Source: Iphione sp. A-MEVVRFRX5
Lineage: Eukaryota
Direction of reading: 5' to 3'
DNA: 64,000 bases
Assembly: GCA_976226885.1 (NCBI GenBank)
Contig: OZ320313.1
Span: forward strand, 52,638,001 to 52,702,000
Shown: piece after piece, positions 35,562 through 50,984 of the stretch
How the letters are laid out: each line of letters starts with the position of its first letter
Numbering within the stretch: the first letter of the stretch is position 1
Notes under the pieces: model-generated
What the model was told of the DNA's origin: nothing
What the model saw: the letters and a program-made list of their open reading frames with translations, nothing else
The model's database searches: none
Program-made: the position numbers and the translations under genes

Positions 35562-38269
35562 TGCCAGCTTCCTCAACTACATTCCACGTTATAGCACTGT
35601 CGCCAACCTATTGCTGACCCTGAGGCTAAACCTGCACCAATCGTCGGCCGTGTCGGCCTCCCGGAGACGGGCGCGCCTCGGCCGGCCTCCAGTGGCGGGC
35701 ACAAGTCGGCAGTGGCCCAATAAACCGCCGCCGCTCTAGGGGTCCACTCAACCCCTGCCACGTAACCATCCCATTTCCCTCTAAAGTATGAAGTTCACCG
35801 CAAAGGTTGTCTCATGAATCCCTAGGTCTTGCCGATACTTTTCTCCTGTGCCTTTGACAATGTAAACTCTCAACAGCCATATATCATGAAGTATCCCCCG
35901 CTATTTCTCTCAGTGGTCTCAGTCGTCCTTTCCTTCGCCTCTGTACATACCCTATAATTGTTGATGAATTTATACTCAGAGAAAGACATGTGAATATCCG
36001 CGGATACCAGGTGCATGTTTTAAAATGATCTTGATTTAAGACCAGTTTGTACATCTAATCTACAGATGTATGTAAGGTATTATTATATTCTAACTCTCAC
36101 TACCTATGCACATTACTCGTTCCCGTGTCGTTGGCTCAGTGTTTTCCCCGTCACTGTTTATGGCATCGAGATTTATGGCAATTTGCGCACCTCCATGGAG
36201 TGAAGCACAAAGCCTTGCGCCGGCACAGCTCGATGACTGACCTATAAATTCCCATCAAGTCCTGAAATTTGTTGTGGATTCGGCCGTATCGCACGCCTGA
36301 TTTCCCTTTCGCATGAAATCACCGTGGTCGCAGCCACCGCAAGTTCGTGTGTGCGTTTAGCTGAGTGCATTTGTAGCCGTCGCCGGTGTTGGGATTCCGG
36401 TGATGGAGGTTGGTTGGGGGGGAGGAGGGTATGGGTGGAGAGGCGAGTGGTAAAGTCGGGGTGGTGAGGAGCCTGGCTTTCAGCCCGCCTATGGTGTATC
36501 GATGGAGAATGCGGCCTGATAAATTTGGCTGGTTATGGTTTATTGAGGCCCGGGTGTGAAGCCATTATGGCGTTTGGGGGCGAGAGCGCCGGCGAGCGGC
36601 TTATTGGACGGCGGCGACATCCAGCCCTCTTATTGCACCGCGCACGGCGCGCCCGCTACACACCTAGGGCCCCAACCGCCACCGCCCACCTCAGGAGGGC
36701 CCTTCCTCCCACACAAATTCACTCGGTCTGCCTCTAGTCAGTGATATCGCAGAGTCAGTATGTGATATTTGGGCGAAAGAAACTGGTCTCGCTGGCAAGT
36801 ACACGTGTGGCATCCTCTTATACTGCTTTACTACTAAGGGATTTTAATACTTATATGTATTGAATCGTCTCCATTCAAGCTACATATGGGGGGAGAACTA
36901 CGCTATGAACAACTATAATCAATTCAGCTTTATGTACCTTTTTCATTACCCATTTCATTATCTTTTTTTATTGTGAAATATGAACTTTGTGCAGGAAGGT
37001 AGCATATTTTCCCTTTTGGGACTCATCTAGTTGTGGGCAAGAATAAATGTTCTGCTCGCAAAGAACCACCTGTGATGAGTGTTACTTCCCCGCGGGTACG
37101 TCAATGGTGTAAAGGTGTAGACCAACTACGAGCGATCTGCAAGTGACCTACAAGCTAAGATCATAATGGTGGATTACACGCTGTCGCCCGTCGCAGCAGT
37201 TACGGTAGGCCGTCAGTGTATCGAGATGAAGCAAATATGACGCGTGCATATTGCATAAACCTATTGGTGGGAGGGCTCGGTAATAAGTCAGCTGCCGACC
37301 ATATCGATCTACCGCCTGTTACGTCAATAGAATCGAGCGAAGTAAACACTAACTGTCATGCAACCTCCAAAGTGCCATTTAATAATTCCTCTCGGCCAAG
37401 AATGCAATTCCGTATTGAAAGGTCTGAAAAACGATACCGTTACAATTATAGAGATTTCCAAAGGTGTTAATACGCCACAAGATGAGTCTACAATTAACCT
37501 GCTGGGTCAGATCTAGACTTTGCCATCGAGCTTCATGCAGGGGACCATGTACATATACATGTACTTGAGCATATCTACATGAATGTATCGAGGGCGTGTA
37601 GCCGACAGGTGTAGCTATTCTGAACCAGTGCCACGGCGGTGTCGACCAGCAGATCCAAGCAGCAAAGGGACCCGACCAGCCACAGTGGTAAATGTGAAAA
37701 TAATAGCAAGTCACCGCCAACTGCCCTGGCGGTATGGATTTATGACTGGTTTATTGCTGAGCGACAAGCTTAATAGATTGAGCGAGTATTCAGCCGCGAT
37801 CAAGGTGATCCATGGACAGCGAAGCTAACGTGAGATGGGACTACAATGCACTAGAGGGAAGGGAATAGTCCCGAAAACATAGGGAAAACAATTAGGAGAG
37901 ACAAGGTAAATGGGTAGATAGGAAGATAACTTGTGACAAGTAACAAAGAAAAAACAAAGGACGGTACACTGCGAGGGAGAGGGGAAAGTAATAATTCCAC
38001 GGGCGTTTTTATAGGTGAATAAAAATAAAAGAGGGTAATGATATTCTATGATGCACCTCGTACATTTTAAGTAATGGGTTTGGTAGATAATAGGAAATGG
38101 GGAGGCAGACAAAAATAAAGGAAAGAAAGAAAGAAAGACAGAGAGAAGAGAGACTAGGCATACATCAAGGTTAGTGTGTGCCTAGCAAGATATATAGGTA
38201 CAAAGGGACGATCGCTTGAGACGGAGGTGAATGTGGGTGAGCGAGGTTGTTGAGGGCAGCTGAGGAGTG

Positions 38270-38470
38270 AAGCGCGGGGCGGCTCGGCGAGAAGTTCAGC
38301 GATGCTCCTATTGCCAAAAAGCTCCCCCGTGCGGAAGAGCACGCACGTAACTCGCGGCTCGGCGCGCGCCGCTCGCCACTGACGGCGACGCATGCGCACC
38401 GAGCATATGCTCAATAAACGTGGCGGACCGCAGCCGGAAAAGGTGGGAAGGGGCAACGTCGTGATGCATG
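38270..38470. promoter_or_regulatory. CpG-rich promoter-like segment with an NRF1-type motif
   Basis: CGCATGCGCA at 38389-38398 inside a dense CpG stretch. No linked exon identified. Confidence 0.3.
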
Positions 38471-39433
38471 ATGGGAAGGTGTTGACGGGGGCATGGACTT
38501 TGTCAGGACAGATTAGTGTCAGTGGAGTGGGCGACTTGAGCGCTGAGATTGGCAACGGCGAGGGGAGGAACTAAGCCACGGAAAAAAGTACGCGTCAAGG
38601 CCAATGAGGTCGTGATGAGGTATAGAAAAGGTATTCCTAGGAGAACCTGTCAGGAGAAAACTACACAGACAATGGTATAAGCCACGTGACTGGATGGCAA
38701 TGACAGGGATGGAGGACCTGGTTAAACATTTGAGGTCAAACTCTAATATTTACATGTAATTATGGACTCGCGAGTTTGATAACACAAAATAAGTGATGGC
38801 CCGTAATGTTTATTCGCTTTACATTTTAGGATGGGTTGGGTTCTGCGACCGCAGGAAAAAAGTGCCTGTGGAGCCTGACAGTATTTTGTGAGAATTATTC
38901 GTCCATTTGGCAGCAGTGAGAACATAAATTGTATATCCACCTGGCAAGCGGTAGACAGCTCGATGTGAGGGAAACGAGACTGTCTGTTGAATGGGTCGTT
39001 ATTCACACCATCCATCAGATGTTTGGCACTGGCCAGGCGGCATATGTAAAGAGTTTTGCCATTCTACTTCCGAAGGGTATATAGGCGCTAGTTTGTTGCT
39101 CACGTAATGAGGAACAACGCAAGGAACATACATGTACTTAGCACGTCTGCCACCTCCCGGTAATAGTTTTGTGTATTGATCTTAAATACATCTGGTGTAT
39201 GGAAAGTACAAAATAAGATCGTTATACAGTGTATATAACATATATACGTCCATGCATCAAACTGTCCTTATGTGTTGGGCCTATGTGTTTCTGATTCCTT
39301 AGACACTGGCATACTGGAAACCCCTCTGCTCCGTGCATAGATTGTCGAAAGGCACGCGTATTTTTATTTTTAATTTTTCGGTTCACTAGGAGATCAAAAT
39401 ATCTTTCAAATAATCAACTCAGTGATGTCTCAG

Positions 39434-39561
39434 NNNNNNNNNNNNNNNNNNNNNNNNNNNNNNNNNNNNNNNNNNNNNNNNNNNNNNNNNNNNNNNNNNN
39501 NNNNNNNNNNNNNNNNNNNNNNNNNNNNNNNNNNNNNNNNNNNNNNNNNNNNNNNNNNNNN
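39434..39561. other. Assembly gap (128 N)
   Basis: Run of n. Confidence 1.
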
Positions 39562-42500
39562 CATGTCCATGGTAAATGATTATTCGGTCTGTGAATGGCA
39601 AGAATATTGGCACCTTATAACGATCATCTGTATCATTCGCAGTAAACGCTGTAACAAAAGTATTTTATAAAATTACTACTGATAAGCTACGTTGAAATAT
39701 GTTTGAAAGAATATATGATAATGACATATAGAGGTCGTTTTTAATAACTTACTATATGTGATAATAAATGCGTCTAAGGGTTACGGGATTCGGGCAATGA
39801 AAAGATAGGAATAGGAAAAACCGTTTGGGGATATGATATCCTCGGGTCTACTTTATATTTTTTAAAGTTCAAATGTCTCATATGAACCTTCATCGGTTGC
39901 CCATATTGATATGGTATTTATCAACTAATTAACAAAGAAGTAGATCAACTACGAACCGTTATTAATTTTCGGCATTGGGTAAACTGAGGGTGCCAGATCA
40001 AGTAAATACGCAAGTAGATAATCCTATGGGGTTTAAACCTAATGTACGCTAATCCCGTCGGCAAAGACTCGATGATCGTGAATGATTCACGCCGACACGA
40101 CGGTGGCCCGGCGTGCAATACTGCAGTCAATAAACGATCAACACTAATTAATTATGAAGGCGATCAAACTGGCGTAATGATTTCACAATAAAAGGCCGTG
40201 TCTGGGGTTTCACCGAGAACGGCAGATGGAAACAAGAGCAAAATGTAGTTAAACTAAAGGGAATGTGGCACATGATGTGAAGGGAAATTCTCCTGTGCGA
40301 CTGACCACTGGATGGTGGGCGACCGAGTAACCTATAGAATCCACTATTTATGAAAGACACCTGCCATCTTTCTCACAGTTCGGGCTTTTATTGGATTCTC
40401 CTTGTGTTTCTAGCCCTCGTGAAAAATAAGAGAACGCAAACTTCAGACCTTGGCTTAACATAAAAGACACTCGCCTGCAACCTTGATAAGAAACATGTAT
40501 TTTTTCAGGTCTAGTTCTATCGAACGACATTTTTGCTGAGTCATTTTCGTGTGACATGCATGAGCGTGCGCTTGCCGTTTCCGCTTCATAGCTCCAGGAA
40601 TATGGTGTTGAACGCAAGTAATTCTATGAGAAGCGCACATAACCCTTCGGCGGACATGATAAGGGTTTTCTTATGGCGTCATTGCGTTCAATGAAGTTTC
40701 CATCTTCATCCAATATCCTCGTAAACAATGTTGATGCATAGAACAGTGTCCTCCTGGAATTCGAGTCAGTTGTACATTGGCATTTCTTGAAGAATACGTG
40801 TACATATACACTCTACATGTACATGCATGGATGTGTGTGGTTGTTTAAATTAAAGTGGAATGTTTTCTTGTTAGTAACGAATTTTGAATATTAAAACATT
40901 GTAGATGTTCTCCTAGGTTTATTACTCTTACTGTACGTCACCGAAACAGATTCTATTTTGCTGTGATAACAGGAACGGAATGATAAGAAAATTATTAGAG
41001 AATGGCAGTAGAGCGAAGTGTTCATTCAGATATGAAGTCAGCAGAGCACTGTCCCTAATTGCCCGTACAGGGATGACAGGACACCAAACTCCTGTGCTCC
41101 AATCGTGATTGTCGAATTGTATATTTTACATCCGTTTCTGCTAAACATAAATATTGCTTTGGGTGGGTGCATTGAAATGCAGCATTCATAATGAAATTCC
41201 CCTCCGAAGTTGGGCATTGTACCTTCCACGGAGGTGCTCAAGCAATGCATTTCAGATTCCCCATGGGTGAACAGAAATATAAAGAAAGACTTCCATCTCA
41301 AAGATATTCAATGGGGTCTTTTGGAAAAATGTTCTGAAAATACTTAATGATCTGAGTTCCTCTTGCATATTGCCGGGAGTTCAGGTGCAGAGGGGTTATA
41401 TATGATTAACGTATTCCTTCAGTATCGCGAAGGACACACTTCACTGTAATACGAATGGATTACGATTTATCCAACTTACATTGGAATATGGCATCTGTAA
41501 TTAACTCGTGTGTGTATCAGAGGTATTTAAAAGAGCAATCTCAACCTGTCAGGTTCAGACACAACATAGCTGTTTTATGACCCAGTTCTTCCGCTTTGAG
41601 GTTGACGCTGCTAAGGAACCACAGGCAGCAGTTGTCTTAACGAGCCAAGTCAGGTTGTTCACATCATTATTGCCTTCCCGAGATAGATTGCCTTTGGAAA
41701 ACAACAGAAGGTATTCAAGTCCAAATGCATAAAAAAGGGGAGAGGTAGAGGGGAAAATGGTACGATGTTATAAGAAGGACATAATCGATGGAGCCGGCCT
41801 ATGAAAGCTGCCAATAATGCTGGAAGTAGCTACGCCGAGGCCCCAGCTGCACAGTAATATCCTTGGTGGCCGTCTATTCGCAGCCATTTATAACCTGGTC
41901 ACGTTTGCATTGTCTTTAATAGATTAAACCACATGGAGAGAGGGGAAATGGGTGGTTCTGACTCTGGGTAATAAGTACAGGAGGGCGCACTGCGCTGTAA
42001 GGCGGGCACATTATTTCTCCTGCCAACCTCCAGTAGCAATATACTCCACAATGTATTCGGTATACCACCTAGCATATGGTCAGTGGCGTTGTTATACATG
42101 TACGCACATGGTTGTATATATGAACATATACATATACATATGTGTACACTTGTGCATTATAATAATATTTGTTGAAAGGTATACCTTTCTGCTGACGATA
42201 TTAAATGGTAATATCCTATGATATATAAGATTTAATAATGCCAATGTCAACCATCCACCATTATAATTTTGTCTTCAAAAGTCACCGCATGTATAAAAAA
42301 GAATCTTAATATATGTGGGCCTACAAAAATATAAACACGTAGCTATGAAGAGGCGAAGTATTAATTGGTACTATATATTCCTTTTGAAAACACAAAACGC
42401 CCAAGCCAAATGTTACATTCGTATCCTGATAAGGTTTCCATGAGAAATGGCTACTAATAATATTCCGACTGTCCGAGGATTACTATAGTGTACAGAGGTA

Positions 42501-45500
42501 AATTCTGATATCAAATGGGGCAAGCAACAATGCAATAAATTCATGGTTACTTATGGTAAAGTATTCGACTTCATGATTTGTTTTCAGGTTTTACAGATAA
42601 TTATCAGATTAATAACGTGAGTTTTAATAGTTTTTGATGTGCTCTAACGTGACGCATAGACATATATCCTGGGTCAATCCAAGTGTCTTGCTTTTGTGAT
42701 GATATACTGATTGTTTATAACCGTGGCAATTGTGCACATGTACATGTACTCAATATCGGGATGAGTTCCGTTCCAAGTCTCTGGTGTGATGCGTGTGCTT
42801 CGCCTTTGCGTAGTATAGTATTTAACCTATGTGCTGGACAGCATATACGGGCGGCGCCTTCCTGTGTGTAACCCTCCCCACCAGTGAGTGAATAGCGCGT
42901 CACCCGTAGCTTCTACACGCGGGTTATGATGGATGGAAGCACCAATGAAATTGATATCGATTCCGTGTTGGCACGGTGTGCGGTTCAAATCCGCCGCCGC
43001 ACAAACTAATAAAGTCGACGCTGTCGGAGGTGTATCAGGTCTGATAGTCGCACGTAAAGATGTTAGGCACTGGGAGGGGGCGGGGGCGGCAAGTGGGGCT
43101 AGCGTTAAAGCATTTCATGTCCGTGCGACATACTGATATGACCCGCGCACCCACCAGAGGCTCTAATGTTGCTGTAGATAGGACCAAGTGATTCAAAGGT
43201 ACTGATGACGCCTAACCTTGAGATAGCAGAGGCGTTAGAAAATGAGGTTCTCAAGAGCCAACCATAAAGGGGAAAAGTTGTGGCCTGGGTGCTCGATATA
43301 TTATATTGTTTTGAAAGGGAACCTTCCCAATGGCATCCACAAAGATATGTTCCCGGTGTTGTGGAAACGAATGAATGAAGATTTTCATGGCATACAGCTA
43401 GAGGATGATTTGACGTATTTGGCCGCCAATTCATCTTTGAAAGCTAATCCGTTGATTAAACAAGTCAATGCGTAGAGATACGGATGCGGTGTATACGATA
43501 GCATGATAACTTCAGGACAAAAATAAAGTAGGTAAACACTGTACATAGCATATCATAATTAGGCTTTCCTATCATGAGTAAACGGATGCATGTATTTGTA
43601 TCTGAATTCCGCATATGTAATAAATGATATTTCTTTTTAGCATTTACTTTTTTTCCAAATTTCATATCCGGTTCTTGGACTTTTTGAATGGAAAGGAATA
43701 CAAATGAACGAGTAAGAAAGTGTTTTTTAAAAGTCGATTTAAGTTGGTGTCTATGGTAAGAATGTAGATAAGATCCTTCTTTCCTTGTCAGGTAAAAACT
43801 ATTGGCCTGTCGTGACTAGACTTCTTATTATCATACTGCAGTCGGCAGGCTTAGGAAGATAGCACAACCATTGATGACCTTGGTGCCTTTTGAACAGCAC
43901 AACTGGCCAGCCGAATACTACATCTCGAAATGGGCATGACCCCAGAGGCCTCTGTCAAGCAGAGTCTATTCACCTAAACCAACTCTCGATCAGCCTGAAA
44001 TGCATACCCTTTCAGAGGGGGGACTGTGTCTGTATGCTCGGCGCGTCCCGTGTTTTCACCGTCTTTCTTCGGCCGGACTCGGTCGCGGTTAATCCAATAT
44101 ATATCTGTTGGCCCTGCCTATTTCTGCATCGGCTCATTCCATCTTGCAGGATCAATGTTTGCCGAGGACCCCTCTGCCACAACAAAGGTTGCTTTCTCCT
44201 TTGATGCAGTTGGGATCCGCCAGTATAAGGAACGGTGAAGGAGACGGCAGCAGAGGCAAATGGCATGGGTAGTGATGGGTAAAGAGATAGAACCCGGGCA
44301 GCTTTGGGGCCACGTCGACTTCCGATGAACAAGCGCAGACGGTCTGATGTGATCGAGAATAATATGTAATCAATCAACATATTTCCACTTTAAATGGCTG
44401 CTGTTTCTTCATGCATACAAATACATGTACACAAAAGGCACTGTATTACTTATTAGTGAGTGTCATGATGGACATTGCCGCTTTAGAATGCAGATAACTC
44501 TTTACCACTAACGTCCCGAGCCTATACATGTAATATCTTCACTAAAAAGGATAACGACCTCGCTAAAATTGTACTCTTCACTTTTCCCATTTGTCAACAT
44601 ATTTATTTATAGGGAAAGGAAGCCACTGACAACTGTGCTCTGCTATACTTGCGAAAATATATTTCTCATACAGAAACATTTTTGTGTCTGTAAAGATAAC
44701 TAAAAGGAGTGTCGACAGGAGAAACTTCCTGTTAGCGAGACTAACGGTGAGGTCCAAATTACATTCATTTATAAATCTCTCCCCAATGCTGTCCCTTGCC
44801 CTTGTTGCCATTTTCGAGACTGCCGCCCCTAACCGGATAATGCTTATCCAATATGGCTGACGCCCAGTGGCAGGACTTTCTATCTAATTACAGACAGTGA
44901 CCGGTAGCCTCAAATTGCTCTACCAACATGGTAGGCACACCTAGGTCTTGAGGAGCGCTGGGGATCTTCTCCTCATTGTCGTGTCTAAGTGGCCTCGGAC
45001 GTGCAAATGCACCTCAAAACGAGGCGAAGAAACCGGAAGTGACCGTTAACCCGGCCCTGACCTAGGAGAGTTAGTGCCAACTTGAGGTAGGCGAAAGGGC
45101 ACTTGGGTAGTCACGGGAGGCAGGGAGACCGAGAAGGAGGACGAATAAGGTAGTGAATGCAGCTAGGACTTGTAGAAAGGATTTGTAGAGAGATTATCGA
45201 GGAAAGATTTTCTTTCTACCGTATCGTTTGAATCTACCGTAACGTCATACCGTTTTGCTGTAACATTTCAACATTAAATAATTCTTCAACATATGACAGC
45301 ATCGACTTCCAATTAAAAACGGGAATACGCTGTATTGAATAAAAGTGATCGGGACTAAATGTTACAATTATTGCACAGAATAATTCGGAAAACAATTTTT
45401 AGATATAATGCTGTGAAATGTTGTGGTTATCTTGCTGATCTATTTAAAACAATTATGACCAAAATGCGTTACATACCTGTACTTGTACTATTCTTTCAGA

Positions 45501-48500
45501 ACACGTTTACAGAATCTTAGAAGTCGTGAGCATTTTCGTGTAGCAACCAAGGTACCTAGAGTAACCTTTGTTGTAGGTAACTCTTGTAAGGAATACATGT
45601 AGATTGATACTTATACCCAGTCATAACAAACATGTCCGCTACATATGTATCCGATTGCATATATAGTAATGTTCTAGAGTAGCAATGGGGAGATCTGGAG
45701 GATTTTAAGCAATTTCAGTATGACATGTTTGAATAGGTGATGATGTAGGTCGTCTTCGATCTATATAAGGCATTCTGTAACACATATTAACGGTTTTCGC
45801 CTAGGCGTAGTCCTGAAATATCAGTAATCGATGCGCAAGCGAGCGCACCCACCTGAAGCAGAACTGGTAAGACAATATCAAATTACGTAGACTAGGACCT
45901 GTCCAAAGACCTCCAAATGAACACTTTCTAGTACCCAAAGCGGTCAGTGAGAGCTACGTGAACTTGAAGCAGACAAGGACTTCCCTGGTTGCAGAGTATC
46001 CCCTGGAGCTGTTTGGCATGCCATATCCTGTCTGACGATCGATCCTTTCATGAGAGGACCTCTGACGTAATGGCACGGCCATTGTGGCTCCTAGGCCGGC
46101 CAACTGGGTCGTGAGCAGCTCAACGATATAGAGCCACGCTAGGGATGCGAGGTGCTAAAATATCACAAAAACTACATAATATAATTATCCAATGTATACT
46201 ACTTTAATCTCTCTGGGATTCTCCTTGTCCTATGACATTCATGCACTGCTTTTAGTCTACCGAGGCAAAGGATGCTAAATCATGGACTGTATCTTAATCT
46301 ATTCTAGAGAAATAACACAAGAATGTAAACAATAAATAATAAAAAAACTAGTTTTATTTATTATGTGAGCGCATGTCAACAACTAGACTCTCAAAAAAAT
46401 ATCAAATATCGTGACTTTCATCCTTTCTTCACAGTACTTGGGTATCTAAGTGACAAAATGATGGTTGTTGGAAAACGTCTTTCGCTAATCGCATCTATGT
46501 TTACAGTCATACAAAACACGCTGAAAGTGAACACCTCACTGCTGTGATTCATGGAGTCAGGCGGATACGCTTTTTAAGGCAGACTAGAGGCGCACCAACC
46601 AGAGTCTGAATAGCTTGGAGATACCGGATCTGTTCCCAATAAAGGGGAGGATCTAAAACAGAGAAAAGCTCCTTCCTGAGTGGGCCAATTTATCACTCTA
46701 GTCTTACATTTTGATGGCTCCACACCTGTCACCTGTCCTTGACAGAATGGGTTTCTATGTGTATATATTGTGAGCTGGCACAAAAGGAGACTAAGTATGC
46801 CTTGCATGTGTCTGATGTTAGATTCGCTAGTGATCTTTTTCCTCGGTTCTTTCATGTTTCCCTTCATAACTTAAGGGCCGAACCACCCATGTATATGGTA
46901 TGGGCTTTGCACTTGCGCTTAAAAGTAGTTCGGTTGTCTTGTGACTAAGTGCTTGGAACAACTCACTAACTTCATCATCGCCTTCATCTATAAAACCCAT
47001 AGTTTCGACGATAGCCAGAGGCCAGTGCTTACCAACACACAGTAATTTGGTAAACGATGTTTTTTTCTAAAAGAAAGTCATGGCCGTGTGTCTATACGTC
47101 ATCCTTTCTCCATCTAAAACACGCCTTCATTCTAAAACACGCCTTCACTAATGAAACATTTTCTTGCCACTGATTATTTCAAGGTGTACCCTTCTTTCTC
47201 CTTTCCTACAAGACCATACTCGTGTTTCGGGATGGCACGGCAGGAGGCAATAAATCAGAAGAATTTAAAGCATTATAGCTTGGAGGGGGAGCGACAAAAG
47301 TGGTCCAATATTTGCGCATGGCTCGCTCGCGCCCGCCGACCATTACAAGTGACGCACTACCGCCATATTTCATTGGTACGCCACCAGGGCGGCACTGACG
47401 TCGTCTGACGTATCCGCCAGACATCCGGATCACGTTCCGGATAGAGAATCCTGATTGATCATTAGAGCGGGTCGAGGTTAACTAAAGCGTCTGTAGTAGG
47501 TTCACTATGGGGGGAGGTAGGACGAAGGATCCGCCGTCTGGCGGTGGGCTGGGGTGATAGCCTAAGGGTGAGGCTGGGGGAAAGGGTGGGAGTGGGGGTT
47601 GAGGTTGGCAGGGATGATCCCCTACACGTCACCAGGGTTACGCCTCCGACCGCACGGAGATAAAAGCTGGTCGCTAAGCACCGGGCGCCAACCGAAACCA
47701 CCGGAACCAGAATACAAAAGGACCGCGAACGGATCGCTTACGTATGTGATAATGGATCCTGACGCCACTGGCAGGGGGCCGCTTAGCATCCTGCTGAGTC
47801 ACGGCTGTGTGAGTTTCACACCTGTTTGCCGGGGTCGGCCCCGGTTCAGACGCTGGCGCCTAAGGAACCCCAAGCATCGCCTCGTTTTGTCTGTCCTAAC
47901 CGCTCTGACTGGCCTGATCCAGCTGCAGTGTTCAGAAGGCACACCTGAGATGAGTGGATGTGATTAGATAACGCCGTTCACGGGACACACTGGGTTAAGG
48001 GGCTTTGATTCGGTCAGGTCTTGGGGTGATTGATCGGTCTCCAAGGGACGTGAGAGGTCGGCGGGTAAAGGCACAACACCAGCTAGGTGGGACAGGGCAG
48101 GCTGAGTGAGGCTGGAGACTAAAAGGCTCAATGAAACTTATAATGAGGTAGATTCCTTGTCAGGGAAAGCCTTGAAAATCTCTCAGACATCAAAAGTTTG
48201 AGAACAAAAAGCAAACTATCACTAAAACAAAGGCTCTATTTCTCTCAAATTAGGAGAATGCAAGCCCCATTTAGTGCAAGTAGGTTACTGTATGGATTTA
48301 GGCTGGATTTCCATGCATCCGGAAATTACCTCCAGAGTCCGGACTGCCTGGTGCAGGGAGAAATGATCCTATTGCTTACAACGGAAGTCTTCTCATGGGT
48401 CCGCATCCGTGTTCCATGGTCCATGTTCTGGAGACAGACATGGGCCAGCAGCATATGTAGATGGATGTTTTCAGGCATAGAGACATTGTCTGTCATATTA

Positions 48501-50625
48501 CAGATGATGTAAAATATTTTCTAATTTGCATATCATTTGCATGAAACCCACAGAGTTTCCACTGATATACCTCAATCTCCATGGAAAACCACACAATTTC
48601 CACCAATATGCCTAAACCTCCATACATACATATTTACTCGCTCTCTCTCGCTCTAGACCCATAGGCAGCCTGCCTATGGGTCTAGTCTCTAAAGCATCAT
48701 TATATGATACGTAAAATAATTGGATATTGTGTAAAAAGTTCTTTTTACAATATTCCTATGACGCATGTTTTCCATATAGTAAGTTGTTAAAGTGTCTTTC
48801 TAAATGAGGGAAGGTTGTGGTATATTCTCTATGTTCCAAACACGGAGGCAGACAATAACCTTATGAAAACTTATTAATACTCGAGGCAAAAAGTGTGATT
48901 GGATTCAAGATCAAGACGATAAAAACGTCTAATGAAATCAGGAACCTATGATACACAGGTTTCTCCTCAAGAAGAACCAATCCTTTGATACGTGTGTCGC
49001 AGCACGTGTACAATTATAATGTATTAGCATAACGCACCAAGCCCAACTGGTTTTGACACAGCGTTAATGTACACTGAAAACAAGCCTTTGATGATAGCTC
49101 ACTTGAATGCCTTTTTATTATTTTGTGTTCTGATGACAGAAAAGCGACTTAACGAAAAAGCGACACCAACGAGAAGCAGTTTAAAGATGAAAGAGAGTAT
49201 ACATTTCAGTGGAAAAACAGGGTAGTCATGCGTGAGATTTAACTAATATTCATTACAGTCCGATTTAATCCCCACGCAAAAGTTGGGACTTTTTGTTTGT
49301 ATCAACCTATCTAGGTATGCATTTTAAGGACAGATGAGACACTTTCGTATCGCTCATATGTAATTCTCAAAACAAATTTGAATTCTTGGCACGCCTATGG
49401 AACGTTTGTAATGACGTCCGTAGTTGGTAGCTATGTATTTCACCTCATAACGTTTCTGCCATATGGTATACGAATAGCTTGTACACTTGCAGATACTGTA
49501 GGTCTGGATATTGTATAGTAACGATCTAAAGAGCGAATGATGTCAAATTGAGGTCCTCAGCTGCATTTCTGACGGATCTACGCAAATGCCCCTGGTCGTA
49601 ATAGGGAAAAACCGATAAAATCTTATTGACCGATACATCTAGACACCAAATCATTAGATCAAAACGGTCACGTTTAGTAGTATATGCCCTGGGCACAAGC
49701 AGTACAAAATACAAGATCGATTCTTGCCCCTAGTTCAGTCCATTACAATCCCCTCAGATTGTTCCATGACCTTCTAAGATTACAGTCCGATAAGAATATC
49801 TTGATCCTTTTTATCTATGAGGATCACGCTTTTGGGACAAATGCAGAGAGGATTTCCTGGTAAAGATCGGGCCTACTTATGCAAGGTATGCTTTGTATTC
49901 GCCAGATATAGTGTTGCAGGAATGCACCAGACTGAGTTTTCGACCAGGCTCCTATTGATTTTCATGTATTGACCTATCTTGTAACTATTGAAGGAACGCC
50001 TGCCCGTATTTGTACCCAAACAGAGCAAGCCTCTCTGCCTCACCAATGAGTGGTCTTGTCACACACTCACGCCATCGACCCCCGGAGACTGAATGTAACG
50101 TAATCACCGATTGGCCCCGGCGATGTGCCCTTGTGGCTAGACATGGATGCATTTATCGGTCTCATTGTCTAGAGAGTTCCAGTAGCTCCCGCCATTCTCT
50201 CGGTCACGGATGGTAGTGAATACAGAGTGCCTAACCGTTAAGTGCCCTCTCCTCCGTGTTTAAATGGTTGATTACTGTTAACAGTTATAGATCTACGTCC
50301 TTCGTAAACAGCACTTAAACTATTCCATAAGATGTTCTCTATGTAAACATCAAGAAGACGTTATAATGTGGTAAAACAACTGCTTGGATATAAACAAGAA
50401 TGACTATATTGCGGATATTTGTCAGATTTACAATGCTCTATGTTATCACCAAGTAGTAAGTTAAAAAGATAACATATTCAACACATTTAATCTTTTTATT
50501 ATTGATGATTTTATTTTAACTTAAGGGTCATCCAATGCTTTTAACGTATAGAACAGTATTTCTCAAAGTATACCGTTTACAAAATGGAGGATGCGTGTGA
50601 CAATGTAGTGCGGATAGGAAAAGTT

Positions 50626-50984
50626 ATTTCATTTTTCATTCATTTCATTTCAATGTATCTTTAACCAGGAACTAGATATTCTCTATCACATGACAAAGCT
50701 CTTCCATATCCTCCTGGGGTAGCATACTACCATCTATTGTTGAGAATTGAGAGACCAGAATACCCATGGGTTGTCCCCTATTCTTATTTTGAATAGGTTT
50801 CTGGGGTCTTTTTGTGCATAGGGGACAGAATCCTATACACCCACGGCCTTTTTATGAGTTGTGGACCACTCTAGGTTGGGGCTACAGTAAATCTGTCTGA
50901 TCGTGATCAAGAGTCCCAAGCCCGGGATTGAACCTGCAACCTTTCAATCAGTGGACCAGTGCTCTACCACTGAGCTAACTCCCC
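50626..50984 (-). mobile_element. tRNA-derived SINE (about 360 bp)
   Basis: Minus-strand head GGGGAGTTAGCTCAGTGGTAGAGC (A box) ... GGTTCAATCCC (B box, 50934-50924), with an anticodon arm that does not pair. About 260 nt of body, then a (GAAAT)-type tandem tail at 50659-50626. Confidence 0.72.

Noticed and set aside
35352-35617. ORFs with SL/ER dipeptide runs
   Set aside because: Translation of the (CT)n microsatellite.
50920-50984. Functional tRNA gene
   Set aside because: The anticodon and acceptor stems do not pair, and the sequence continues into a SINE-like body and tail.
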